A stretch of DNA of 64,000 nucleotides from an uncultured Bacteroidales bacterium (GCA_947303625.1 CAMYYV010000001.1:10507-74506), one strand, 5' to 3'. Shown: positions 44,899 to 54,742, counted from the first letter of the stretch. Made by a program: numbers and translations. Notes: generated by a model not told the origin, from the sequence alone.

Positions 44899-46045
44899 AT
44901 TGAATATACGTATTGCAAAACCTATGCTTTTTGTGCTGTTGATGATTGCAACATGCTTAAAGAGTGGTCATGCACAGTCATTGTTTTATTCGTCGAGGGT
45001 GGAAACATTGTATAAATTTGTCAATGATTTGCAAGCGTTGGACTCCATCGACAATAATGATACGTTGCTGCAATGTCATGGTTTGGTGGAGGACGAGGTG
45101 GTTCCGATTCGCATTTGTAAAGATGAGAATGGTATTGTGGATCACATCGGCTATTGTTTTATGTCCGACTCATTGCGCATTGTTAACAAGTCTGTAGTTC
45201 AATTCATTGAGCGCGAGTTGCTTGCGATTATTGTTACTACTGATGCGGAAACGGCGTTGAGATCAGATTTAGAGAATGGATTGGTAATCAAGTTTGATGG
45301 TAATCCAATAAGTCATTCTTTGTTGCAGGACAAAAAGAAATTGTGCTCGTTATTGAAAGAAAGTGACGGTGTTACTGTCAATCGGATGAACAATAACTAT
45401 GATATATTGATTCACTGCTTGAATGGTCAGATATTGTCGTTTCTGTTTCCCGCTGATTGCAGGTTGATTAGTGGGATGGATAAAATCGAACAAGAGATGC
45501 GACTTGGTTTTCAGTTGAAAAATCATATTGCAAATGAAACAGACAGTTCGCTCTTATCACCTAATGAATCCTTCTTGCAGTTTTTGAAGGATGGCGTATA
45601 TTATGAAAAAGGAGAAGATTTTTCAATTCCACAAATTAATAGTGACTTGTTTTATGTTAAGCGCGATTCTGTTTTTTGTTTAGTCTTGGATACATCAATG
45701 GTTGCTATGTCGTTTTCTAATGTAATGTTGGTCCCTTTGGAGATGCAATTCACATTTGATGTGAAACACCGGATGTATGGATCTGTTGAGCAAGAATACA
45801 CGATAAACAGTCGTGATTTCAACGATTATTTTTCACAAGGATACGATAGATTTTTTGGGATTGAGTCATTAGAATCTGAAAATCTTTCAGGAACATTGAT
45901 GCTATATAATCGAGATGAAGAGTTTGTCCATTTAGTCTATGTGACCACAACAAAGGAAGATTTATTCAATGGAGGTAGGATGTCATTGGAATTATATTCA
46001 TATATACCTCAGCACAATATTAAAACACTTTTTGGAAATGAATAA
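44882..46045 (+). CDS. Hypothetical secreted protein (387 aa)
   Basis: ORF with a signal-like N-terminus (MLFVLLMIATCLKSGHA). It overlaps the previous gene by 17 nt. No motif recognised. Confidence 0.7.
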   Translation: MKRKTELNIRIAKPMLFVLLMIATCLKSGHAQSLFYSSRVETLYKFVNDLQALDSIDNNDTLLQCHGLVEDEVVPIRICKDENGIVDHIGYCFMSDSLRIVNKSVVQFIERELLAIIVTTDAETALRSDLENGLVIKFDGNPISHSLLQDKKKLCSLLKESDGVTVNRMNNNYDILIHCLNGQILSFLFPADCRLISGMDKIEQEMRLGFQLKNHIANETDSSLLSPNESFLQFLKDGVYYEKGEDFSIPQINSDLFYVKRDSVFCLVLDTSMVAMSFSNVMLVPLEMQFTFDVKHRMYGSVEQEYTINSRDFNDYFSQGYDRFFGIESLESENLSGTLMLYNRDEEFVHLVYVTTTKEDLFNGGRMSLELYSYIPQHNIKTLFGNE

Positions 46046-46058
46046 AACTAATTGAAGA

Positions 46059-46736
46059 ATGAAGAAATTATTTTTAATAGTAGTAATATTGCAAAGCCTT
46101 TCTGGAATTGTTTTTTCACAGAATTATTTGACAGAGGAACAAGAGCGAGAAATAAAACTCTCCAATAAATATTATTGGGAGGAAGGCAATGATTATGACG
46201 CTGACCGAGCATATCAAAATGCCATAAATAGTTTGACGGATTTGATCATCATAGATCCCGCCTATCAGAACAGCAGTAGGGAAGAAGTTTTGAACAAAAT
46301 GGAGAATAATGCTCGTTATGGACGAATTAGTCAAAAGGGTATGGTGTGTGTGTTAGTATGGGTTGCGAAAGACAACTTGTATGAAACCGAGAACATTCAG
46401 CAATGTCCGCAAAAAGAACCAGATTCTTCAAAACAAGTTTCGATAGACAGTCCTGTATTGCTAGAGCTGAAAAACTGCAAAGATTGCAAAGAAGTAAACC
46501 AAGTGGTGAATTGTCATGGGTGGATTCGTGGGAGGATTAATAGTTCTGAGGGATTTATTCATCCTGAACTATGCATTGTGGCTGTATTTGATGCCAATGG
46601 TGCTTTAATCGCTTTGCTTGATCAAGAAAAACTCCGTTCGTCCCGGATGGATTTGATTTCAGGGCAATTGATAAGCAATCCTGAGACTAAATTTCAGAAA
46701 GAAGGAATGTATTTATGGTACTTACAACAGAAATAA
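46059..46736 (+). CDS. Hypothetical secreted protein (225 aa)
   Basis: Signal peptide MKKLFLIVVILQSLSGIVFSQ and a 13-nt gap to the previous gene. No motif recognised. Confidence 0.7.
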   Translation: MKKLFLIVVILQSLSGIVFSQNYLTEEQEREIKLSNKYYWEEGNDYDADRAYQNAINSLTDLIIIDPAYQNSSREEVLNKMENNARYGRISQKGMVCVLVWVAKDNLYETENIQQCPQKEPDSSKQVSIDSPVLLELKNCKDCKEVNQVVNCHGWIRGRINSSEGFIHPELCIVAVFDANGALIALLDQEKLRSSRMDLISGQLISNPETKFQKEGMYLWYLQQK

Positions 46737-46748
46737 ATAAAAAAAGAT

Positions 46749-47750
46749 ATGAAATCAAAAAGATCAATTAAAAGATTCGCTTTAGTTGTAGTTGGATTGT
46801 TGTTGTTTATTCCTCTTCACGCCCAACATATTACGACTTTTAGTTTTGCCAATACTGCTCATGCTCCAGAATGGGTTTTGCGTAAAATGGAAAATAATGC
46901 AAAACTGTTATTTGAAGAAATCAATAGTAAAAGCGATTTGAACAACTCTAAATTGGAATTGTCCACTGCTATTGTTTCGGATCTTGCAAGGACAAGAATA
47001 AATGACATGTGGGATTATAGTCATTTTTATTGTCCTCGTACATTTGTGCCAGGTTTTGCGTGTGAACTAATGACAGAAGATGCCTATCAAGTGAGAGAAA
47101 TACCAGTTTATTTCAACAAAGGAGAAGGTAATTTGGAATGGATGGTTATGACATTCGATAAATCAGGAAAGATCATAAATTTTTGCCATGGTTTAAGCAA
47201 GCATGATCGTGAAATATTTGAAAATGGCATTCAAGTGTCTGATGTTAGGCATTCTGAAATGATAGTAAGATTTATAAGTGATTTTTTCACAGCATATAAT
47301 ACTAAAAACATTGATTTGATTGAAAAAATGTATAGTGAGGACGCCTTGATTATCACGGGAAGGGTCTGGAAATATAAAAACGGGAAAAACAGCGATTTGT
47401 CAAAGACTCTGGTAAATAAGGAAAAGCAGGAAGAAATTGTTTTAACCATTCAAAGCAAAAAGGATTACATCAAGAAACTTAGGGATATTTTTTCTAATAA
47501 CGAGTATGTTAATATAAGATACGATGAAGTAGAAGTTCTTCAAAGTCAGAAGAATGATAGTATATATGGTGTGCGATTAAATCAATATTGGCATGTTTCA
47601 CACAAGGCTAATGTCCAAGGATATTATGACGAAGGGAAATTGTTTCTAATCATCGATTTCAGAAACGAGAGCCAGCCAGAGATATGGGTGCGAACATGGC
47701 AACCTTTTGATGCAGAAGAATTTTTCGGAATGAGTGATTTCCCTTTTTAA
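46749..47750 (+). CDS. Hypothetical secreted protein with an NTF2/SnoaL-like C-terminal half
   Basis: Signal peptide (FALVVVGLLLFIPLHA). IVRFISDFFTAYNTKNIDLIEKMYSEDALIITG resembles the opening of NTF2-like (DUF4440/SnoaL) domains. This is a weak by-eye call. Confidence 0.7.
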   Translation: MKSKRSIKRFALVVVGLLLFIPLHAQHITTFSFANTAHAPEWVLRKMENNAKLLFEEINSKSDLNNSKLELSTAIVSDLARTRINDMWDYSHFYCPRTFVPGFACELMTEDAYQVREIPVYFNKGEGNLEWMVMTFDKSGKIINFCHGLSKHDREIFENGIQVSDVRHSEMIVRFISDFFTAYNTKNIDLIEKMYSEDALIITGRVWKYKNGKNSDLSKTLVNKEKQEEIVLTIQSKKDYIKKLRDIFSNNEYVNIRYDEVEVLQSQKNDSIYGVRLNQYWHVSHKANVQGYYDEGKLFLIIDFRNESQPEIWVRTWQPFDAEEFFGMSDFPF

Positions 47751-47760
47751 AACCACAAAT

Positions 47761-48567
47761 ATGCTTAAAAAAATAATATTATTCATGTGTTTCACAGTAG
47801 GCGTTTCCGCACATGCCTATTCACAGAATTTTAAAGAATTCTTAATTCAAGAGTGTCCTTGCGACCCTACGGATTTTCTATGGGAAAAAGGCCCAGAGTA
47901 TATTGGGTATGGTGTTATCAAGGTTAATTCTGCGATTCACGGATTGACGCTAACGGTAAAAAAAGGGAGGCGTGAAATAGAATTTTTTCCAGATACCGAA
48001 AAAAGTATATATTATCTCATTGTGGAACCTACCGATAAGAAAGATAATAAAAACTATACAATTGAAGTAAGTGCCAAAGGATTCAAAACGGTTACTTTTA
48101 CAACTGGATCGATTTCATCTGGGGGGGCACCATCATATTGCTGTGATATTAAGGAAAAGGTAGACCTTGATAAAAGTATAAATAAGGCCCTGTTGCGCTC
48201 TGCTTTTGTTCCTGGTTGGGGACAATTTTACAAGGATAGAAACGTAAGAGGAACTTTGATTGTAATTGGCGAAACATTGACATTGGCGGCAGGTGGATTG
48301 TCGCTTTATAACGAACTAAAACAGAAGAGCATTATGGATCAGTCGGAAGTGAGTTACCAGGATTATATAGCAGCGGAAAAGAGTTATGAACAATGGAATA
48401 CTGCCCGGCATATTTCATTTATCACAGCGGTTGTGATATACGGCCTTAATGTGGTTGATGCATACCTGACTCCTGCCAAGCCACAGAAAAGTCTAACCCT
48501 TGCTCCTAATGTCATGAATGCCAATGGCGAAATGGCTGTTGGCGCAACTTTGTCAATAAACTTTTAA
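47761..48567 (+). CDS. Hypothetical secreted/membrane protein (beta-sandwich N-domain plus a DUF5683-like PGWGQ membrane segment)
   Basis: Start at MLKKIILFMCFTVGVSAHA. RSAFVPGWGQFYKDRNVRGTLIVIGETLTLAAGGL is followed by a second hydrophobic helix. Confidence 0.7.
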   Translation: MLKKIILFMCFTVGVSAHAYSQNFKEFLIQECPCDPTDFLWEKGPEYIGYGVIKVNSAIHGLTLTVKKGRREIEFFPDTEKSIYYLIVEPTDKKDNKNYTIEVSAKGFKTVTFTTGSISSGGAPSYCCDIKEKVDLDKSINKALLRSAFVPGWGQFYKDRNVRGTLIVIGETLTLAAGGLSLYNELKQKSIMDQSEVSYQDYIAAEKSYEQWNTARHISFITAVVIYGLNVVDAYLTPAKPQKSLTLAPNVMNANGEMAVGATLSINF

Positions 48568-48588
48568 CTGAATAAATACCTTGTTATT

Positions 48589-49296
48589 ATGAAGTACAAT
48601 AGAATAATCAAATGTCTGGTCGTTATCTGTACATTGTTGTTTTTTGCAGGTTGTGAGAAAGAAAAGACTACTGTTACCGAGTACATCGGAAGGGTTGTAG
48701 AGGGTTCTACAATGAACCCGTTGCCCAATGTTAAAGTTGCGGTAACAAACGGGAACCGTGTACTCGCTTCAACAATTACCGATGAAGATGGCGAGTTTTC
48801 TTTCTTGGTAAATTTCGATAAAGTAACAGAAAACGATTCTCTTCTTCTTGATGGCAGCCCTCTATTACCTTACCAAAAAAGATACGAACTGAAGGGAATG
48901 GGAAAAGAACAGTATGATTATAGAGACTTGGTTTTATACAACCAAACTGATTATGAATTAAAGACTTTCCAATTTGCTGGAACAACCTATTATGTTCATC
49001 CAGAAGTGGGTGAGATGAACTGGCTCAGTGCTATGGATTTTTGCGAGAATCTCACCTATGAGGGTTATTCCGATTGGTTCTTGCCTAATATGAATGAGTT
49101 GAACGCTATGTATGTTTATCGTAATTCTATTGGAGGTTTTGCTACTTCTTCTTCCTTCAATTATGATTGTTGTTATTGGAGTTCAACAGACTTTATTGAT
49201 GATTGCTGTGCTTCATGTTTAGACTTTTCTTCCGGAAGGGAGTATTGTTTAGGGTGGGGTCGTTATTTTAGAGTTCGTCCTGTAAGAAGGGATTAA
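48589..49296 (+). CDS. Lipoprotein, CarboxypepD_reg-like N-domain + DUF1566 (Lcl C-terminal, C-type-lectin-like) domain; paralogue 1 of 5
   Basis: Lipobox LLFFAGC. TEYIGRVVEGSTMNPLPNVKVAVTNGNRVLASTITDEDGEFSF. DUF1566 pattern: TYYVHPEVGEMNWLSAMDFCENLTYEGYSDWFLPNMNELNAMY ... YWSST ... FRVRPVRR. Confidence 0.8.
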   Translation: MKYNRIIKCLVVICTLLFFAGCEKEKTTVTEYIGRVVEGSTMNPLPNVKVAVTNGNRVLASTITDEDGEFSFLVNFDKVTENDSLLLDGSPLLPYQKRYELKGMGKEQYDYRDLVLYNQTDYELKTFQFAGTTYYVHPEVGEMNWLSAMDFCENLTYEGYSDWFLPNMNELNAMYVYRNSIGGFATSSSFNYDCCYWSSTDFIDDCCASCLDFSSGREYCLGWGRYFRVRPVRRD

Positions 49297-49336
49297 TGAA
49301 AGTAGTACAATTGCAACTTTTCAAAACACAATTATC

Positions 49337-50128
49337 ATGAATGGCAGATCTATTAAAGGCTTATTAATCATTTCAACATTATTCTTATTTGCAGGCTGTA
49401 ATAAAGATAAAGAAATGAATACCGTAACCGAGTGTATCGGAACGGTTGTCGAAGGGCTTAACATGAATCCTTTACCCAATGTAACAGTCTCTGTTACCAA
49501 CGGAAGCCGTGTACTTGTTTCTACTGTTACTGATGACCACGGTGCTTTTTCTCTGTTTGTAGATTTCGAAAAAGCTACAGTCGAGGATTCTTTATTGCTT
49601 GATGGCAGACCCAGTTTGCCATATCTGAAAAAGGAGGCATTAAAGGGAATGGGGCGAGAACAGTATGATTACAATACACTTGTGTTGTACGAAGAAGAAG
49701 CTGAACTAAGTATGTTTCGATATGATGGAGTCACATACTTTGTGCATCCTGACGTTGGACGCATGACATGGGAGAATGCGATGAATTTTTGTACAAATCT
49801 AGTTTATATGGGTTATTCGGACTGGTATTTGCCTAATAGACTTGAGTTACATGCCATGTATGTATATTGTAATTCCATTGGAGGATTTGTCACCTCACCT
49901 CCCTATTCTGAAGAGTGCTATTATTGGAGCTCGGAAAGAAAAAACGATGATTATCAACAAGCTTGGTATCAAGACTTTGCTAGTGGAATGGAAACACATG
50001 GATTTTTAACCGAAAGTCATAGAGTTCGTCCTATCAGAAAAAGCAACGGGAAGAATGCTAGACTTGACGAAGCCGTTAATACCATCTCTACGCAATCTGA
50101 GCAAACCTTACAATTAAAACAACAATAG
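49337..50128 (+). CDS. Lipoprotein, CarboxypepD_reg-like + DUF1566; paralogue 2
   Basis: Same layout: LFAGC lipobox, TECIGTVVEGLNMNPLPNVTVSVTNGSRV, YSDWYLPNRLELHAMY, YYWSS and HRVRPIRK. Confidence 0.8.
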   Translation: MNGRSIKGLLIISTLFLFAGCNKDKEMNTVTECIGTVVEGLNMNPLPNVTVSVTNGSRVLVSTVTDDHGAFSLFVDFEKATVEDSLLLDGRPSLPYLKKEALKGMGREQYDYNTLVLYEEEAELSMFRYDGVTYFVHPDVGRMTWENAMNFCTNLVYMGYSDWYLPNRLELHAMYVYCNSIGGFVTSPPYSEECYYWSSERKNDDYQQAWYQDFASGMETHGFLTESHRVRPIRKSNGKNARLDEAVNTISTQSEQTLQLKQQ

Positions 50129-50142
50129 TATAACATCAAGTT

Positions 50143-50946
50143 ATGAAGAAGAGTAGCCGTTTGATTATCTGTCTGATGTTTACATTTGTGTTAATGATGT
50201 CTTCAGGCTGTAAGAAAGAAAAGAATACCATTACCGAGTACATTGGAACGGTTGTCGAAGAAAACACGATGAGTCCTTTGTCTAATATAATGGTTTCGGT
50301 GACCGATGGGATACGCGTAGTTGCTTCAACCATGACGGATGAAACAGGTTCATTTTCTTTCTCGGTGAATTTTGAGAAAGTAACCGAGAGCGACTCCCTT
50401 CTTCTTGATGGAAGTCCATTTTTGCCATACCAAAAGAAATTCGCATTGAAAGGAATGGGGCAAGAACAATATAACTATGGGACTTTGATTTTGGGTAACG
50501 AATTAAAAACATTCCAGTATGCAGGTGCCATGTATTATGTTCATCCAGAAATTGGAGAGATGACATGGGAGGCCGCAATGGCTTTTTGTGAGAATCTGAC
50601 CTATGCTGGTTATTCCGATTGGTTCTTGCCTGATAAGGATGAGTTGAATGCCATGTATGTATATAATGATGATATTGGTGGTTTTGTTACTTATAATCAT
50701 CAAGGTAGTTATTGGAGTTCCACGACTACTTATTATTTTGACGGCCTGTATTATCATGACGACCGCATTTATTATTGGTATTTGGATTTCTCGACTGGGC
50801 GTTCAAATTATGAAACAAACCAAGATGTTGTTTATCATAGGGTTCGTCCTATTAGAAAAGATAATGGAAAGAGCGCTATACTTGTTGATGCAGATATTAC
50901 CATTGCGAAAATTGAGCAAAATTCACAATTAAATAACAATAATTAA
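50143..50946 (+). CDS. Lipoprotein, CarboxypepD_reg-like + DUF1566; paralogue 3
   Basis: Same layout. The first roughly 480 nt are highly similar at the DNA level to paralogue 4, and the genes diverge after YWSST. Confidence 0.8.
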   Translation: MKKSSRLIICLMFTFVLMMSSGCKKEKNTITEYIGTVVEENTMSPLSNIMVSVTDGIRVVASTMTDETGSFSFSVNFEKVTESDSLLLDGSPFLPYQKKFALKGMGQEQYNYGTLILGNELKTFQYAGAMYYVHPEIGEMTWEAAMAFCENLTYAGYSDWFLPDKDELNAMYVYNDDIGGFVTYNHQGSYWSSTTTYYFDGLYYHDDRIYYWYLDFSTGRSNYETNQDVVYHRVRPIRKDNGKSAILVDADITIAKIEQNSQLNNNN

Positions 50947-50978
50947 TATCAAGGGTGTACAAATAAAATCAATTCCTC

Positions 50979-51686
50979 ATGAGAAACACTGGTTTTATAA
51001 AATGCATGATGATAGTATGCATACTAATACTATTTGCAGGCTGTAAGAAAGAAAAGAATCTCATTACTGAGTACGTTGGAATGGTTGTCGAAGAAAACAC
51101 GATGAATCCTTTGCCAAATGTAAAAGTATCGGTGACCGATGGGACTCGCGTAATTGCTTCAACCATGACGGATGAAGCAGGATTATTTTCTTTTTTGGTG
51201 AATTTTGAGAAAGTTACTGAGAATGACTCTCTTTTTCTTGATGGCAGTCCATTTTTGCCATACCAAAAGAGATTTGCATTGAAAGGTATGGGGCAGGAAC
51301 AATATAATTATGGAACCTTGATTTTGGGTAACGGATTAAAGACATTCCAATATGCAGAAACCACATATTATGTGCATCCAGAGGTGGGGACAATGAATTG
51401 GGAAAGCGCAATGGCTTTTTGCGATAATCTGGTTTATGCCGGTTATTCCGACTGGTTCTTGCCTGATAAAGAAGAGTTGAATGCCATGTATATTTATCGT
51501 AACTCTATAGGAGAGTTTATTACGACGGGTGGACGTGAAAGCTGTTATTGGAGTTCGACAGTTAATGTCGTGGTTAACGAGGGTAGTTATTTTTGTTATC
51601 AGTATTTCGATACGGGAATGCAAAGTCAAAACATGGATCCTTTTGGTTGTGATTATTATAGAGTGCGTCCTATCAGAAAAGATTAG
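50979..51686 (+). CDS. Lipoprotein, CarboxypepD_reg-like + DUF1566; paralogue 4
   Basis: Same layout: LFAGCKKEKN, TEYVGMVVEENTMNPLPNVKVSVTDGTRV, YSDWFLPDKEELNAMY, CYWSST and YRVRPIRKD. Confidence 0.8.
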   Translation: MRNTGFIKCMMIVCILILFAGCKKEKNLITEYVGMVVEENTMNPLPNVKVSVTDGTRVIASTMTDEAGLFSFLVNFEKVTENDSLFLDGSPFLPYQKRFALKGMGQEQYNYGTLILGNGLKTFQYAETTYYVHPEVGTMNWESAMAFCDNLVYAGYSDWFLPDKEELNAMYIYRNSIGEFITTGGRESCYWSSTVNVVVNEGSYFCYQYFDTGMQSQNMDPFGCDYYRVRPIRKD

Positions 51687-51740
51687 GGTTTCAAACGATA
51701 TTGCTTCCAACATCCAACATGAATAAAAATTAAAAAAGAT

Positions 51741-54578
51741 ATGAAGAACAAACAATTAGTAAAGAGCCTTGGGGTTATTTTCATACTATTGGCGTTGATT
51801 GGTTGTAATAAGGAAAAGAATACTATTACAGAATACATTGGTACTGTGATAGAAGGCACTACGATGGCACCTTTGCCCGATGTAAAAGTTTCGGTGGCCA
51901 ACGAAAACCGTGTGCTTGTTTCAACGGTCACGGATGCAGAAGGCGCTTTTTCCATGTTTGTCAATTTTGAGAAAGTGACCGATAGAGATTCCCTTATTCT
52001 TGATGGTAACCCTGGATTGCCATACCAGAAAAAGTTTGAGCTGAAAGGTATGGGGAAAGAACAGTATGATTATAGGACCTTGGTGCTGTATAATAGGAGC
52101 AACACTGAGGTTAAGACCTCTGAAGTGACTTCAATCAAGGCGAATAGTGCTATTTGTGGAGGGACCGTAACTGAAGGCACCGATATTTTGGTGATCCAAA
52201 GAGGGGTCTGCTGGTCTAAACAGCCGGAACCAACTTTGTCGAACAATAGTTTTACACTTGATGGCGAAGGAGGAGGTCAATTTACTAGTAATTTGACAGG
52301 TCTTGAAGAAAGAACTACATATTATGTTAGAGCCTATGCTACCAATGGAGAACAGATTGTGTATGGAAGTCAAAAGCATTTTACTACACCAGCCTTGCTT
52401 CCTTCTTTCCAATATGCAGGGACAACGTATTATGTGCATCCTGATGTGGGGGCAATGACCTGGCAAAGTGCCGTTGATTATTGTGACAATCTTACATTTG
52501 CAGGTTATTCCGATTGGTTCCTACCCGACAAAGACGAATTAAATACCATGTTTGTTAATCGTAATTCGATTGGTGGTTTTATAACTACATGGACAAATAG
52601 CTCTGATGATTGTTGGTATTGGAGTTCAACGAAACCAGGCAGTTATCCTTGGTTTCAAAGTTTTGAAACCGGTTATCAAAACACAAGCTCTTCTGGCGAT
52701 TATTACAGAGTTCGTCCGGTTAGAAAAGATGGTGGCGGAGGAGGCGGAGGAGGAGGAACGACACCTACTGCTCCAACGGTCACGACAAACGCATCACCAA
52801 CAGTTACCTCAAATTCGGCTACTTGTGGAGGAAATGTTACTTCAACTGGAGGAGCGGATATAACAGAAAGAGGTGTATACTATGGTACTTCTCCAAATCC
52901 TGTTTCATCCGGGCAAATGAAACCATGCAGCACTACTGGCTCTGGCACTTTCACATGTAACTTGACTGGACTTTCTGCTAATACAAAGTATTATTTCTGT
53001 GCCTATGCCAGAAATAGCGTCGGTCCGTCATATGGAACAGTGGAAGAATTTACAACTTTAAATAATCCTACAGCGCCGACAGTTACAACAGGCAGTTATT
53101 CTAATGTTGGATGCACTTCGGCTACTTGTGGAGGTAGCGTTACTGCTGAAAATGGAGTAAGCATTGACCGACGAGGTGTTTGCTATGGTACTTCACCAAA
53201 TCCTACAACTTCAAATCAAGTTTTCAATAGTGGCACGGGTACAGGATCGTTTACTTGCAATCTTACGGGACTGACGGCTAATACCAAATACTATTATCGT
53301 GCTTATGCTATTTATAATGGCAATGAGACGAAATACGGAGAGCAAAAGGATTTTACGACATTATTATACGCCACATTTGATTATGCTGGAACCACCTATT
53401 ATGTGCATCCTGAAGTTGGTACAATGACATGGCAGAGTGCAATGGACTATTGTGATAATCTTTATTATGCAGGTTATTCTGATTGGTATTTGCCAAATAA
53501 AGATGAATTGAATGCAATGTACGTGTATCGCAACGCTATAGGAGATTTTGTTACTACAGGTACGACAGAGAGTAATTATTGGAGTTCAACAAAAACAGAA
53601 TATGATGATGAAGCATGGTATCAAAGATTCTCTTCAGGGAGCCAGAACTATGCTAGTATAACTTTATATAAGCGTGTTCGTCCTGTAAGAAGAATTGGCG
53701 GAGGCGGAGGCGGCTCTGCCCCTTCTGCTCCAACAGGTGTGACTGCTGAAGTAATTGGTTCCAAAATTAAAGTGTCTTGGAACGGTGTTTCAAACGCTGA
53801 TTCTTATACGGTGTTCTGGTCTAATGATGGCAATACATATAATTTTGAAATTGGCACTACATCGAATACGTATATTTTTGATGATGCACCAACCGAGGAT
53901 AATTATTATAAGGTGAAGGCAAAAAATAGTTACGGGGAGAGTCCCTTAAGTTCCTCTTATGGATATTGCCATTACTCGTCAGGCGGTCATGTCGAAGGCT
54001 GGTTGCAATATGATGATGGATACGGAACTGATGCGTTAGGATTTGAAGAAGGCGGGACGTTGTATTGGGCAAACATGTTCCCTTCATCAATGTTAGGTTC
54101 ATACCAAGGAACAAGCATAACAAAAGTTGAGGCATATCTTAACATGGCTGGTGTGTACACATTACGATTGTATTCAGGAGGGACGACTTCGCCTGGGAGT
54201 TTAATATATCAACAAAACTTTAATCATAACAATTCCTCTGCTGTATGGGCAACAATGACGTTATCCAATGCAGTGTCGTTAAATACATCTCAAAATTTAT
54301 GGGTTGTTATTAGCGTAACACATTCCGCAGGTGAATATCCAGCTGGATGTTGTCAAAATGCTGGAAACCCCAATGGCAGATGGTATTCTGATGGTATAGA
54401 ATGGGGAGATATTGGGGATGTTGGAGATTTCACCTGGGGAATTCACACGTTTGTGACAAATGGCGCGAAAGGAGAAATGCAGATAGGAGATGGGCAATCT
54501 GTAAACAATACGCGTTTGAAGAAAATAACAAAGGTTAATAAATGCCATGGCATAAAAACCAAAAAAAGAAGGCATTAA
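51741..54578 (+). CDS. Large surface lipoprotein: CarboxypepD_reg-like domain, three Fn3-like repeats, two DUF1566 domains, poly-Gly linkers, an Fn3 domain and a C-terminal beta-rich domain; paralogue 5
   Basis: 945 aa. Lipobox LALIGC. Repeats of the type ATCGG.VT..G...I..RGVC(W/Y)...P.P......TG.F...LTGL...T.YY.RAYA.N. Two TYYVHP..G.MTWQSA.DYCDNL..AGYSDW.LP.KDELN..YWSST..RVRPVR. blocks. Linkers GGGGGGGGG and GGGGGG. Confidence 0.85.
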   Translation: MKNKQLVKSLGVIFILLALIGCNKEKNTITEYIGTVIEGTTMAPLPDVKVSVANENRVLVSTVTDAEGAFSMFVNFEKVTDRDSLILDGNPGLPYQKKFELKGMGKEQYDYRTLVLYNRSNTEVKTSEVTSIKANSAICGGTVTEGTDILVIQRGVCWSKQPEPTLSNNSFTLDGEGGGQFTSNLTGLEERTTYYVRAYATNGEQIVYGSQKHFTTPALLPSFQYAGTTYYVHPDVGAMTWQSAVDYCDNLTFAGYSDWFLPDKDELNTMFVNRNSIGGFITTWTNSSDDCWYWSSTKPGSYPWFQSFETGYQNTSSSGDYYRVRPVRKDGGGGGGGGGTTPTAPTVTTNASPTVTSNSATCGGNVTSTGGADITERGVYYGTSPNPVSSGQMKPCSTTGSGTFTCNLTGLSANTKYYFCAYARNSVGPSYGTVEEFTTLNNPTAPTVTTGSYSNVGCTSATCGGSVTAENGVSIDRRGVCYGTSPNPTTSNQVFNSGTGTGSFTCNLTGLTANTKYYYRAYAIYNGNETKYGEQKDFTTLLYATFDYAGTTYYVHPEVGTMTWQSAMDYCDNLYYAGYSDWYLPNKDELNAMYVYRNAIGDFVTTGTTESNYWSSTKTEYDDEAWYQRFSSGSQNYASITLYKRVRPVRRIGGGGGGSAPSAPTGVTAEVIGSKIKVSWNGVSNADSYTVFWSNDGNTYNFEIGTTSNTYIFDDAPTEDNYYKVKAKNSYGESPLSSSYGYCHYSSGGHVEGWLQYDDGYGTDALGFEEGGTLYWANMFPSSMLGSYQGTSITKVEAYLNMAGVYTLRLYSGGTTSPGSLIYQQNFNHNNSSAVWATMTLSNAVSLNTSQNLWVVISVTHSAGEYPAGCCQNAGNPNGRWYSDGIEWGDIGDVGDFTWGIHTFVTNGAKGEMQIGDGQSVNNTRLKKITKVNKCHGIKTKKRRH

Positions 54579-54584
54579 TTCTTG

Positions 54585-54601
54585 TTTTTTTTTGGGGGGG
54601 G
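54585..54601. repeat. Homopolymer junction T9 G8
   Basis: Direct reading shows ttttttttt gggggggg, beginning 7 nt after the stop of the 945-aa gene. Confidence 0.9.
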
Positions 54602-54742
54602 CTTGGTTGGTTTCTGTGTATGTGCTCGGGGTTGGCGGCGTTTCGAGTCATCCTATCAACAATCGCAATGATAACAAAAAACTTGATGCCTGTACAAGGG
54701 ATTGGATTGATTAACAAAAGAAATATTGCGCGGGTGTTTGGT

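Noticed and set aside
52735-52765. The (GGN)9 run encoding GGGGGGGGG in the 945-aa gene, and the second run near 53698-53715, as slipped-strand phase-variation sites.
   Set aside because: The codons are mixed (ggt/ggc/gga), not a pure homopolymer, and are in frame as flexible linkers. Length polymorphism is possible, but it would not switch the gene off.
43700-54600. Calling the AT-rich block a prophage or integrative element.
   Set aside because: No integrase, transposase, att-like direct repeats or phage structural genes are visible. The composition shift alone is not enough to call a mobile element.
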